From Malacoraja senta (Eukaryota): a stretch of 64,000 nucleotides of DNA. Positions 51,243 through 63,202 of the stretch are shown piece by piece. Under the pieces are notes generated by a model. That model was not told the DNA's origin and ran no database searches. It saw only the letters and a program-made list of their open reading frames with translations. The stretch covers positions 994,001 through 1,058,000 of the forward strand of contig CM075999.1 of NCBI GenBank assembly GCA_038087875.1, written 5' to 3'. The position numbers and the translations under genes were made by a program. Numbering within the stretch: the stretch's first letter is position 1; each line of letters starts with the position of its first letter.

Positions 51243-52357
51243 TACTGTACTGGGAACATGGCATTTATTGTCAGGACCCTGAGTGACACGGATAGGCTGG
51301 TGGTGAATCTTTCTTAGTCAGAGGGTGGTGAATCTGTGGGGAATTCATTGCCACAGACGGCTATTTTTAAACTGGAGATTGATAGATTCTTGATTGGTAA
51401 GGGCGTCAAAGATTATGCGAAGATGGCTGAGGAATGGGGTTGAGAGGGAAAAATAGATCAGCCATGATCGAATGGCAGAGCAGACTCAATGGGCCGAATG
51501 GCCTAATCTGCTGCGATGTCTTATGAGATCCATGCACCATCTGTTGGATTGTAAGTAACTCACTGGGACATCTTGGAGTTCAGTAAAGAGCTTGTCAGAG
51601 TGGGACTGGAATTGCAACCATAGCCAGAAAGGATAGGGGTCCCAACCCAAAATGTCACCTATCCATGTCCTCAAAAGATGCTACCTCACCCACGTAGTTA
51701 CTCCAGCACTTTGGTTTCCACGCAAGATTCCAGTATCTGCAGTTCCTTGTGCTGCCAGAATGGCTAAGACTGACATGCTCCCTTAGCTGATGGATGTATT
51801 TCAACTTGGAGTTTTTTAGCAGCAACCCACAAGCCTAATTGTAGTAATTACAAAAAAGGACACAAGTGCTGGAGTAACGGAGCGGGACAGACAGCATTCC
51901 TGGAGAACATGGATAGGTGACATTTCGTGTTTCCCATGGATGCGGCCTGACATGTTCAGTTACTCCAGCACTTTGTGTCTTTTATCACCAGCCTAGCTGT
52001 CACTTTTGTGTTAAACTGATATCAAACTTTTATTTTCAGACTTTTTTTTGAAAACTTCTTGAATTGCCAAGAACTCACGTCCTGTAGGTTATTGGTTCAG
52101 AACAAGGACAAGGTGCTATCACATTCACTCAGGCTTTCAGCAATTCATTAAAAGATTCCAAGGTTTTGGGGTCAAGTCCATTCCTTCTCTCAATGATTTC
52201 CTCCTCCTCACTGTAAGGTTCCCTGTTCCTTCCCTGCTGCCTACGAGATCCTCGTCTCACTGTGCTCCATTTCCCACTAATCATTTGCCTCACTTCACCT
52301 CCATTTCTTTTGCCCCCCTTTTGCTCTCCCTTAAAACGCAATCACAAAGAGACACAG

Positions 52358-52636
52358 GGCGGCACGGTGGCGCAGCGGTAGAGTTGCTGTCTTACAGCGC
52401 CAGAGACCCAGGTTCGATCCTGACTTGTGTGTACGGAGTTTATACGTTCTCCTCGTGACATGCGTGGGTTTTCATGGGAGCTCCAGTTTCCTCCCACACT
52501 CCAAAGATGTTCAGGCATGTAGGCTAATTGTCTTGGTAAAATTGTATATTGTCCATAGTGTGTGTAGGATAGTGCCAGTGCTGGTCAGTGCGGACTCGGT
52601 GGGCTGAAGGGCCTGTTTCCACGCTGTATCTTGAAA
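52358..52636 (+). mobile_element. HE1-like V-SINE with CR1 inserted in its tail
   Basis: A-box TGGCGCAGCGG, B-box GGTTCGATCC; (AACTA)n tail resumes at ~53402. Confidence 0.88.
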
Positions 52637-53401
52637 CTGAATGGTGGCCGATTAGGAAAAGGGGAGATGCAACGAGACCTGGATGTCATGGTACACCAGT
52701 CATTGAAAGTAGGCATGCAGGTGCAGCAGGCAGTGAAGAAAGCAAATGGTATGTTAGCATTCATAGCAAAAGGATTTGAGTATAAGAGCAGGGAGGTTCT
52801 ACTGCAGTTGTACAGGGTCTTGGTGAGACCACACCTGGAGTATTGCGTACAGTTTTGGTCTCCTAATCTGAGGAAAGACATTCTTGCCATAGAGGGAGTA
52901 CAGAGAAGGTTCACCAGACTGATTCCTGGGATGGCAGGACTTTCATATGAGGAAAGACTGGATAGACTCGGCTTGTACATGTTGGAATTCAGAAGATTGT
53001 GGGGGGATCTTATAGAAACGTACAAAATTCTTAAGGGGTTGGACAGGCTAGATGCAGGTAGATTATTCCCGATGTTGGGGAAGTCCAGAACTAGGGGTCA
53101 CAGTTTAAGGATAAGAGGGAAGACTTTTAGGACCGAGATGAGGAAATCATTTTTTACACAGAGAGTGGTGAATCTGTGGAATTCTCTGCCACAGAAGGTA
53201 GGTGGGGCCAGTTCATTGGCTATATTTAAGAGGGAGTTAGATGTGGCCCTTGTGGCTAAAGGGATCAGGGGGTATGGAGAGAAGGCAGGGATGGGATACT
53301 GAGTTGGGTGATCAGCCATGATCATATCAAATGGCGGTGCAGGCTCGAAGGGCCGAATGGCCTACTCCTGCACCTATTTTCTATGTTTCTATGTTTCTAT
53401 G
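52637..53401 (+). mobile_element. Young CR1 3' ~765-bp copy, nearly identical to 47594-48362
   Basis: ORF 52631-53302; roughly a dozen substitutions versus the other copy by eye. Confidence 0.93.
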
Positions 53402-53544
53402 AACTAAACTAAACATGCCCACAAACATACTGTATGCATTGTACTGGATTAATTTATTGATGTTCTGTGCACGAGCCTTGCAATAAATAAGGATTTTATG
53501 AGCTGGATGCTGGTGGTAATCTTGTCCCAGCAGCCGATCAAGAT

Positions 53545-55160
53545 CACTCTGTTCAGTTTTAGGCACCATCTTATGGGAAAGATGTTGTCAAGCTGGAAAG
53601 GATGCAGAGAACATTTACAAGGGTGTTGCCAGGACTTGAGGGCCCGAGCTATAGGGAGAGGTTGAGCAGGCTTGGACTCTATTCCTTGGAGAGCAGGAGG
53701 ATGAGGGGTGATCTTACAAAATCGTGAGAGGAATAGATATTGTAAATGCACAGAGACTCTTGCCCAGAGTAGAGGAATCGAGAACCAGGATTAAGGTGAG
53801 GGGGAGAGGGGGGAAAGATTTAATAGGAACCTGAGGGGTAACTTTTTTGCACAAAAGGGATGGTTGGTGTATGGAACGAGCTACCGGAGAAGGTACTTGA
53901 AGCAAGTACTATTGCAACGTTTAAGAAACATTTAGACAGGTACATGGATAGGACAGGTTTAGAGGGATATGGGCCAAACGGAGACCGGTGGGACTAATGT
54001 TGGTCGGTGTGGGAAAGTTGGGCTGAAGGGTCTGTTTCCATGCTATATGCCTCTATGACTAAGAGATGTTGAAGAGTAGGCATGATTGAAACTGATGGGA
54101 AAGGAAGGTGAGAACAGTTGAATCTTGTTGCAGGCTTTGCTGTGATGGAGATAATGAGGTTGTGTCACTGCTGAGTGTCTCAACACAAGCTTTAATGGGG
54201 TGAAAGAGCTGGAAATAGTTATCAGGGGGAGGACTCCAACCACCTACCTACGTAGGGTCCAGAGCTCATTTCCTGGACTGACCTCCTAGTGGGTAGCGCG
54301 TAGGATCAGCAGTCTCATCACTTGTGTGAGTATTGAGTCAGGTCTCCACCTGTTCTCTCGGGTTGGTGTAAGCGATGCAAGGGCACTATTTAACGGAAGA
54401 AGAGCAGAGGAGTTCACTCTGGAGTCCTCATTACAGATTTTCCTCGATGATCATCAGTGTACCAGATGACCTTATCTTTTGTGGGCCCTTGCACAAATCC
54501 ACCACCTCTCTGACTACAATTGCTGCATTTCAAAAGCCAAGTCACAGCCATCAAATACTTTTCAATGTCCTGCTATTGAGAGTTGCAGAACAATTGTAAG
54601 TCTTTATTTCTGTTTCTTCTGGTATGGTGTGTTTTTATTTAATATTATACATTGAGAGTCATAGAGTCACAGTTATCCAGTGTGGAAACAGGTCCTTCGG
54701 CCCAACTTGCCCACACTGGCCAACATGTCCCATCTACACTAGTCCCACTTGCCTATGTTTGGCCCATATCCCTCGAAGCCTGTCCTATCCATGCACCTGT
54801 CTAATTGCTTCTTAAACATTGCGATAGTCCCAGCTTCAACTACCTCCTCCAGCAGCTTGTTCCAGACACCCACCACCGTTTGCATGAAAACGTACCCCTC
54901 AGATTCCTATAAAATCTTTACCCCTTCACCTTAAACCAATGTCCTTTGGTCCTCGATTCCCCTACTCTGGGCAAACGACACTGTGCATCTACCCGATCTA
55001 TCCATGTCATGACTTTACACACCTCCATAAGGTCACCCCTTATCCTCCTGCTCTCCAGGGAAGAGTCCCAGCCTGCTCAACCTCTTCCTGTAGCTCAGAC
55101 CCTCGAGTCCTGGCAACATCCTCGTAAATCTTCTCCGCAGCCTTTCCAACTTAACAACAT
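53545..55160. mobile_element. Two CR1 3' fragments (53545-54060 plus; 54655-55160 minus)
   Basis: KLER.QR.FTR.LPGLEG.SYR.RLSRLGL coding remnants and CR1 3'UTR. Confidence 0.75.
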
Positions 55161-55697
55161 TCATGGTCACAAAACACATGTCGATAATGTTGGATTGAGA
55201 GGAATGTGCCAAAGAGTCACTTTTTAGCAATAATACTCACAATAGAACTCAGCAAATCAGGCAATATCTCTGGAGAGAATGGACAGGGAACTTGTGTCAC
55301 CCTCACAGCAAATATAATTCTGCTTATCCTTAGACTAGTTTAGTTTGTTGTCACGTGTACAGATGAAAAATGAAATGGTTTTTTTGTTGCATGCTATCCA
55401 GTCAGTGAAAAGACTACACATGTTTATAATCAAGCCGTCCAAAGTGTATAGTTATGTGATAAAGGGAATAACATTCTCCTCATTGGAGACCCTTGGACTA
55501 TCTTTGATTGGACTTTACTGGACTTTAATCTTGCACTAAATGTTATTCATGTTACTGTATGCCCTTCATCAGGTATCTGTACAGTATGGATGGCTCGATT
55601 GTAATCATGTATTGTCTTTCCACTGACTGGTTAGCATGCAACAAATGCTTTTCGCTGTACCTCGGTACATGTGACAATAAAGCTAACTAAACTCCAT

Positions 55698-56052
55698 TGC
55701 CCCGTCCCACTTAGGAAACCTGAACGGAAACCTCTGGAGACTTTGCGCCCCACCCAAGGTTGCCGGAGGTTGTAGGTAGTGGAAGGTCTACCTGCAACCT
55801 CCGGCAACCACCTTCAACTAGCATGGCAACCGGCTTAGACTAAAAAATTACCGATTTTTAAAACGGCAACCTATTTTTAGTCCCGGACGGTTTTGAATTT
55901 TTTGAAATAATCACCGGAACATAGAAGAAGCGGAAACCACTTTCGACCATTAGGGAGACTGACAAAAACCTCCGGGAACCGCACGGAAACCTTGGGTGGG
56001 GCGCAAAGTCTCCAGAGGTTTCCGTTCAGGTTTCCTAAGTTGGACTGGGGCA
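55698..56052. mobile_element. Harbinger-type MITE with long TIRs
   Basis: Perfect 53-bp inverted repeat 55709-55761 / 55988-56040; termini TGCCCC.GTCCCAC-like; TTA on right. Confidence 0.85.
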
Positions 56053-56349
56053 TTATGTAATTAAAGATCTGCCTGCATCATTTACTCCCCAGCGGAAAGC
56101 CAACACATGATTACAATCGAGCCATTTACAATGTATAGATACATGATAAGGGGATAACATTTAGTGCAAGGTAAAGCCAGTACGGTCTGATCAAGGATAG
56201 TCCAAGTGTCACCAATGAGGTAGATAGTAGTTCAGCACTACTCTCCAGTTGTGGTAGGAAGATTCAGTTGCCTGTTAACAGCTGGGAAGAAACTGTCTCT
56301 GAGTCTGGAAGTGTGCATTCTCACACTTCTGATGAGAGAGGGGAGAGGA

Positions 56350-56675
56350 TGCACAGAGCCTCTTGCCCGGTGTTGGGGAATTGAGGACCAGAGGACATAG
56401 GTTCAAGGTGAAGGGGAAAAGATTTAGTCGGAATCCGAGGGGTAACTTTGTCACACAGATGGGTGTGGGTGTATGGAACAAGCTGCCAGAGGAGGTAGGT
56501 GAGGCTGGGACTATCCCATCGTTTAAGAAGCAGTTGGACAGGTACATGGATAGGACAGGTTTGGAGGGATATGGACCAGGCACAGGCAGGTGGGACTTGT
56601 GTAGCTGGGACATGTTGGCCGGTGTGGGCAAGTTGGGCCTGTTTCCATACAGTATCACTCCATGACTCTATGACT
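56350..56675 (+). mobile_element. CR1 3' fragment
   Basis: TRGHRFKVKGKRF..VWNKLPEEV..FKKQLDRYMD. Confidence 0.8.
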
Positions 56676-57612
56676 GTAAGAGGAAGTGAGACTCAACCAT
56701 GATTATGCTAGTATCCTTGTTCTCAGATGCAATCTTTCAATATCTGGACATCAGGATTTCAAGCGCAATCTCTCACAATAACACTTGCCAATGTTAAAGG
56801 CAACCGTGTGTGGAGTGTGTTGGGGAAATAGGAACAAAATCTGTTTGGTAACTCCAGACAAAGACTACTTGGAATGAATCCATTTTTGCTCTGTTTGAAC
56901 AGTGGGAACAGTTTGGGTCTCTCATTAATTCAAAATCAATTTAAGTTCATGTGATAGGAGCCGAATTAAGCCATTCAGCCCATCTAGTGTATAGGATGAG
57001 ATGAAGAGTCAGGTTTTGCTCTTAGGGCTAAAGGAATCAAGGGATATGAGGAAAAAGCAGGAACGGGGTACTGATTTTGGATGATCAGCCATGATCATAT
57101 TGAATGGTGGTGCTGGCCTACTCCAGCACCTATTTTCCATGTTTCTATGATGCAAAACTGGGTTAACAGAACTAGTTTATGGGTGATCATTGGTCAGCAC
57201 AGATTCGGCGGTCCGTGGAGCCTGTTTCCATGCTGTATCTCTAAACTAAACTAAACTAAATTTGGTTTTCATGGCCAGGAAGATAGGGTCTGGAAGATAC
57301 TGCATGTAAAAGTGGAAGAAACAAATTCTATAGAACCTTTTAAAGGGAAGTAGGTAACTATTCGAAGATAGAAAAATTATAGGGTTGTGAGAATGAGCAG
57401 TGGAGTGGGATTAATTAGACGGCTTGAAGATGGATCTGACACGGGCGTAATGACTAAGAAGCATCTTTCTTTGCTGACATTCTCTCAAGAAACCCATGAG
57501 GCATGAAACTCAGAAATAAAAACACTAGAAGCGGTCAAATTATAACCTTGACTTTTTTTTAAGGGGAGAATTTCCACTCGTTCAGATTAAAAATACAAAT
57601 GATGGACAACTA

Positions 57613-57861
57613 AGGGTGGTACAGTGGAGCAGTTGGTAGAGCACAAGGGCCCCTGGTTCGATCCCAACCTCGGGTGCTGTGAACCTCCAAAGATGTGTGG
57701 GTTTCAAGGTTAATTGGCCCTCTATACATTGCCCCTTGTGAGTAGGAACTGGATGAGAAAGTGGGATAATGTAGAACGAGTGTGAACAGATGATTGGCGT
57801 GGACTCGGTGAGTCACATTGTCTGTTTCCATGCTGTATCTCTAAACTAGGCTAAACTAAAC
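57613..57861 (+). mobile_element. HE1-like V-SINE, internally deleted
   Basis: GGTTCGATCC B-box and TGTATCTCTAAACTA tail. Confidence 0.65.
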
Positions 57862-58658
57862 TTCATGTTTTCTTCAATATCAAGTTTTAAATATTAAAGG
57901 AAATATGAAGGCCAGTTTCACTTTGGTGTGTCAGTTATGCTCTGTGTGCATGGAGTGTTGATGCATTAAATCATTCAATCTCACTGTAGTTCTTTAAACT
58001 GATTTCAATATGTGACAGCTAACTATTCAACATATTCATGTGTACCAGGTGCTAAAGATTAGCTGGCTGTAAATTTTATTTGAAGAGAATCTTTTTCAGC
58101 TCCAGCCTTGCGTTTCACTTTGTGATGTGCAATCCCTTTAGTCGCAACTTACTGATAACATTAATTCTGTTTTAGATTCTCTTTTAATCTTTCCACTCAC
58201 ATACATTCTATCTTTTTTCCTTTATTTTCATCGTGTTCAACATAGACGTCCCAGACTTTCAAGGCTGTCATTTCCTTCCGCTTCTGTTAAGCTGACTTTT
58301 CTTTTACCCTTGGGCATATCAGTTGATATGCATCGCGAGAGCTCACACTGAAGTGAGCGTGCTCCCGTGAAATAAAAAGTGATCTTGCAAGGGCTTTGAA
58401 ACAGCATGTTCCTATTTGCAGATTTCAGGTAGTTAAAGTCTTTGCATGGTGCTTCACAGGAGTGCCATCCAACAACATTTAACAATTAGTCAAATCAAGA
58501 GGTGCTGGGAAGGTGACTAAAAGTTGTGCTGAGGAGTTAGCATCTTCACCCAGACCGTACCTAGGGATGCTGATACCAAGGGATGAAGCGTAATCATGGC
58601 CTGAATGATTGTTGGAAGTACACAACTACTGAGAATAACATAGCAGCTAATACCTGAA

Positions 58659-59034
58659 AATAGACACAAAAAAATTGAATAACTCAGCGGGTCAGGCAGC
58701 ATCTTCGGAGAAAAGGAATAGGTCACGTTTCGGGGTGTGACCCTTCTTCAGACTGAGAGTCGGGGGAAAGGGGATCGAGAGATATAGATGGCACATAGAA
58801 GAAATAAATGAAATAAATGCAAAAAGCTACGACGATCAAGGAAAGGTGGAGCCCACAATGGTCCATTGTTGGCTGTGGGATAGGTGATATCAAATTATAC
58901 AGACAGTGAAACTCATCCGGATGACAGTGAAACTAGTATGAAGACTAGGGTGAGAGAGGGACTGAGAGAGAGGGGACGAAAGGGTTTGTGTCTATCTCCG
59001 GTTTAACCCAGCAACTGCAGTTCCTTCCTACACT
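58659..59034 (-). mobile_element. Penelope-terminus-derived insert with short inverted end
   Basis: 13-bp TSD GCTAATACCTGAA at 58646-58658 and 59035-59047; degenerate hammerhead motif on minus strand at ~58723-58751. Confidence 0.75.
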
Positions 59035-59081
59035 GCTAATACCTGAAGGTTTGTGGTTGCCAATGGCAACTGAATGATAGA

Positions 59082-59281
59082 NNNNNNNNNNNNNNNNNNN
59101 NNNNNNNNNNNNNNNNNNNNNNNNNNNNNNNNNNNNNNNNNNNNNNNNNNNNNNNNNNNNNNNNNNNNNNNNNNNNNNNNNNNNNNNNNNNNNNNNNNNN
59201 NNNNNNNNNNNNNNNNNNNNNNNNNNNNNNNNNNNNNNNNNNNNNNNNNNNNNNNNNNNNNNNNNNNNNNNNNNNNNNNNN
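59082..59281. other. Assembly gap (200 N)
   Basis: Run of N; followed by a CR1 3' end (59282-59485) of the same young subfamily as 47594 and 52637. Confidence 1.
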
Positions 59282-59519
59282 GGTAGTTGAGGCCAGTTCA
59301 TTGGCTATATTTAAGAGGGAGTTAGATGTGGCCCTTGTGGCTAAAGGGATCAGGGGGTATGGAGAGAAGGCAGGTACGGGATACTGAGTTGGATGATCAG
59401 CCATGATCATATTGAATGGCGGTACAGGCTCGAAGGGCCGAATGGCCTACTCCTGCACCTATTTTCTATGTATCTATGTATCTATAAACACTACAATCTC
59501 AAATAAGATCTGAACTACA

Positions 59520-59632
59520 ACTGATTCAGACTGATCAGTCTGAAGAAGGGTTTCGGCCCGAAACGTTGCCTATTTCCATTGCTCCATAGATGCTGCTGCA
59601 CCCGCTGAGTTTCTCCAGCACTTTTGTCTACC
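59520..59632 (+). mobile_element. Short Penelope-terminus-derived insert with intact hammerhead core (59540-59567)
   Basis: 11-bp TSD TCTGAACTACA at 59509-59519 and 59633-59643; CTGAAGA-A-GGGT(TTCG)GCCC-GAAACGTT; palindrome TTCAGACTGATCAGTCTGAA at its 5' end. Confidence 0.8.
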
Positions 59633-60934
59633 TCTGAACTACATAGATTATTATTGTTATTATTGCACTATTTTTTTTTGTGCATGTATGGGTGTTTTAT
59701 ATATATATGGTTTATATATGTGTATTTTTGAGAATGTGTATATATACACACACTGAACTTTTTCCTCTCTGGTTTATTATATTGTGTACAGAGTACTATG
59801 TTGACATATTCTGTTGTGCTGCTGCAAGTAAGAATTCCATTGTTCTATCTTGGACAAGTGAGAATAAAACACTCTTGACTCCTTCCACAGGAGCCTGATG
59901 AAGGGTCTCGACCCAAAACGTCACGTATTCTTTTTCTCCAGAGATATTTACCGCCTGACCCGCTGAGTCACTCCAGCGTTTTGTGTCTACCTTTCTCTCC
60001 AAGTTGTGTTATTGTGCTCCTTACTCACTTTCTGCCAAATGCAGACAGGGAGGGGGAATACAGATAAATCGGACCCTGTTATAATCTTACAGACAGCTGG
60101 GATAATGACACGGTAAGGTACGCCTGCTTCTCACTGTCTCCTTGAAGCTAATGAGGAGAGCAGGGCAGCAATTCTATGGTGCTGCTGACCCCAGAGCTTC
60201 CTGTGACAAATGCCATTCACAGCTGCCAACATACGCGGGCCATGACCTGACTATCAATCACATTCTGGCTCTCAGTGGAGAAGGCCACCTCTGGATTCAG
60301 GGACAGTATCTGCCTGATAGATTGACAGTTCCCAGCATTTTCTGTTCTCATGTCAAGCTCAGAGCAATCCCTCTACAAATACTTGGTTCTGTGGGTGTGT
60401 CCGTGTTACAGCAGTGATAGAGGTCATTGCCAATCAGGTTGACAAAGGTGCAGTGACCATGTCTCTGACTCATCCTTCCTCCGTTAGTTGGAGAAGGAGG
60501 CGGTTCTCCATTCTGGGAAGAAAAGAGAGAGAACAACCGATTCTGATTTTTTTCCCCCCGTTTCATTTCCTCTCCCGACGTCTGCAGAAACTTACCTCAT
60601 TCCTCATTCATGTTTTGTGCGTTGCCTCGAACCTTTCACCAAATGCACCAGGAAGGGCAATGGGCATTAGTGGGATGGTGATTCCGGGCAGAGGGGGGCA
60701 CTCTGATCAACTCTCCCTGTGCAATGCTGACGTCACCATCTTCTGTTCGGCCCCCGCAGTCGGTCCACAGATTAATCAGCGCCAGCAACCAGTTTAAGTT
60801 GGCCTCAGGGTGATGGGGTCAACCGCAAGAACAACGAGGCCACATTTAACGGCAAAAAAACACAAAAAGCTGGAGCAACTTAGCGGGTTAGGCATGGAAG
60901 TTATCAGAACTGGTCTTCAACTGATGTCGGGGCC

Positions 60935-61231
60935 AGGCAGTGGCACAACGGTAGAGTTGCTGCCTCACAGCCCCAGAGACCCAGCTTTGGTCCTGACTAT
61001 GGGTGCTGTCTGCATTGGGGTTTGCTCATTCTCCCTGTGACCGTGTGGGTTTTCTCCGGGTCCTCCAGTTTCCTCCCACTTTCCAAAGATGTGCAGGTTT
61101 GCAGGTTAATTGACTTCTGTAAATTGTCCCAGGTGTGTAGGATAGAACTAGTGTACGGGGTGATCGCCGGTCGGCAAAGACTCGGTAAACCGAAGGGCCT
61201 GGTTCCACGCTGTATCTCTGAACTAAACTAA
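60935..61231 (+). mobile_element. HE1-like V-SINE
   Basis: V-core and TGTATCTCTGAACTAAACTAAA tail. Confidence 0.8.
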
Positions 61232-61829
61232 AAGCAAAACTTTCATTTCCCCCAAGTATATAGGATGGAGGGGTGACCTTGACATGAAGATTCATGTTAA
61301 TGCAAGGAACTGATTGGGGATGTGGTGAGATGCATCTAAAAATACAGTGGTATTTACACTTGAGAATACAGCCATGCTGTTTAGAGATTTCCTCACCTCG
61401 CACTTCTTCACAAAAAGTGTGGTGGGAATCTCAAACGCTTCACTCCAAACAATACTAAAGCTATCTAACATTTCCAGTGAAACTTTTGTTTGGGACAGGT
61501 ATGAAGGGTTAAGGCACCAATGGATATTCTTGGAGCTGAGCTCAGCTGTGAGCTGGTCAAATGACAGTACAAGCTTGAAGGGTTGAAAAGTGTGCTCTTG
61601 TTCCTAAGCTCCCAGGAGCCTGGTGCTAATTACCTATTGACAGTTCAGGTAAACATACTGACAGAGAGAAAACCACTTACGCAATTTTTTCGGCGACTTG
61701 CCGGCACCCGTCATATTCGCAGCAGATCTCAAAATGTTGAAAATCCAGTGGCGACCAGAAAAAGGTACGACTCTTTGGGCAACTACTCATGACCAAACAT
61801 GCGTCACCCCGCGACACCCCCGCAACGCT

Positions 61830-62052
61830 AGTACCATCCTAAGCACTAGGGACAATTTGCAATTTACAGAAGCCAATTAACCTACAAACCTTTACGTCTT
61901 TGGAGAGTGGGAGGAAACCGGAGCACCCAGAGAAAACCCACGCGGCCACGGGGAGAACGTACAAACTCCTTGTATGCAGCATCCGTAGTCAGGATCGAAC
62001 CGGGGTCTCTGGCGCGGTAAGACAGCAACTCTATCGCTGCGCCACCGTGCCG
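61830..62052 (-). mobile_element. HE1-like V-SINE (preceded by a MITE fragment ~61672-61825)
   Basis: A-box/B-box and V-core on reverse strand. Confidence 0.8.
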
Positions 62053-63202
62053 CACAAACTAACCCCCACCGCTCCCCCCCCCTTGATTTGCGTATTACTA
62101 GATTGGTCCTAAATCCCTAGAAACTTCAGGCCAGCCAAGGTAATTGTAGTTGGAACAGAATAAAAAAAAGGCCATTAAATAAAATTGAATCTTGAATTAT
62201 GCTCTGGTCAGAATATCAGATTGCAGAACATTCATTTGAAGGGAGACTGGAAAAATAATGTTTCATTTCTCTTTGAATTTTCATCAATGTTATTTGAATC
62301 ATAGGAGCTGTTATGAAGTTAATTTGCAACACAAACTGCCACCTAAACTCAGCTCTGCATCACCGCTGATCCTCCGACCTGTTTGATACAAAGCACGATG
62401 GTACTTGCATACAAATTAACATATTATGTTAATTGTGAAATGCTCTGGGTTTGATTTTGCATGCATAATTGTAACTCTTGGCCACTTTAATTGATTTGCA
62501 CAGAAGTTGTGGGTGATTTTGCATTGCAAAGCAGTAAGATCATTCAAATGATAGACAACCATTCTGTTCCCTTGGTGGTTTGAGGAAAGCCTTTTGATGC
62601 TTGTCAGTCTGTTGCTGAAGGTGCCCCTCAGGTTGACCAGTGTGTCATGAAGGGGATGAGCTGCATTGTCCAAGATGCTCCGCAGTTTGAGGAGCATCCT
62701 CCCCTTCAAGACCACCTCCCATGAATCCTATGCATATACAGTATATGGATGTGCATATCTATATACACATGTATATATATAGATACATAGTATGTATATA
62801 TACATGTGTGTATAGATATGCACATGCACACATACGTACACATAAAAACAAACAATAATAGTGCAGTAATAACAATAATAGTCGATATAAGAATAATAAT
62901 AATAATCTTTGGAAATGTAACAGTACAGCACCATTGAACACATGCACACACACAGAATCTCATTGCATACAGGCATAAGATCAGCTCCTTGAACTTGATC
63001 TTAATTCAATTAGGCCATGACTCACCTACATTTTAGCTCCTTTAACTCCCACAGATAGTCTATAATAAGTTCCCTGTAGCCTTAATAATGTTCACACCGA
63101 TATTTCTTAAAGCTGGGAAGATTCCCTTAGCAAAAATAAATAAATATGTGTTTGTCTTTGATTTGTTCCTTGGATATTATTTGTACAGGACTATTGGGGA
63201 TT

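Noticed and set aside
52358..52430. tRNA-like sequence with A and B boxes (also in other SINE heads)
   Set aside because: Continues into V-SINE core and LINE-derived tail; no complete cloverleaf, so a SINE head rather than a tRNA gene
47594..53401. Two near-identical 765-bp segments as a segmental duplication or LTR pair
   Set aside because: Similarity stops at the CR1 ends; flanks differ; no LTR termini or internal gag-pol
60091..60117. Possible plus-strand micro-exon (TTACAG|...|GTAAGG)
   Set aside because: Weak polypyrimidine tract, no supporting neighbours or recognisable peptide
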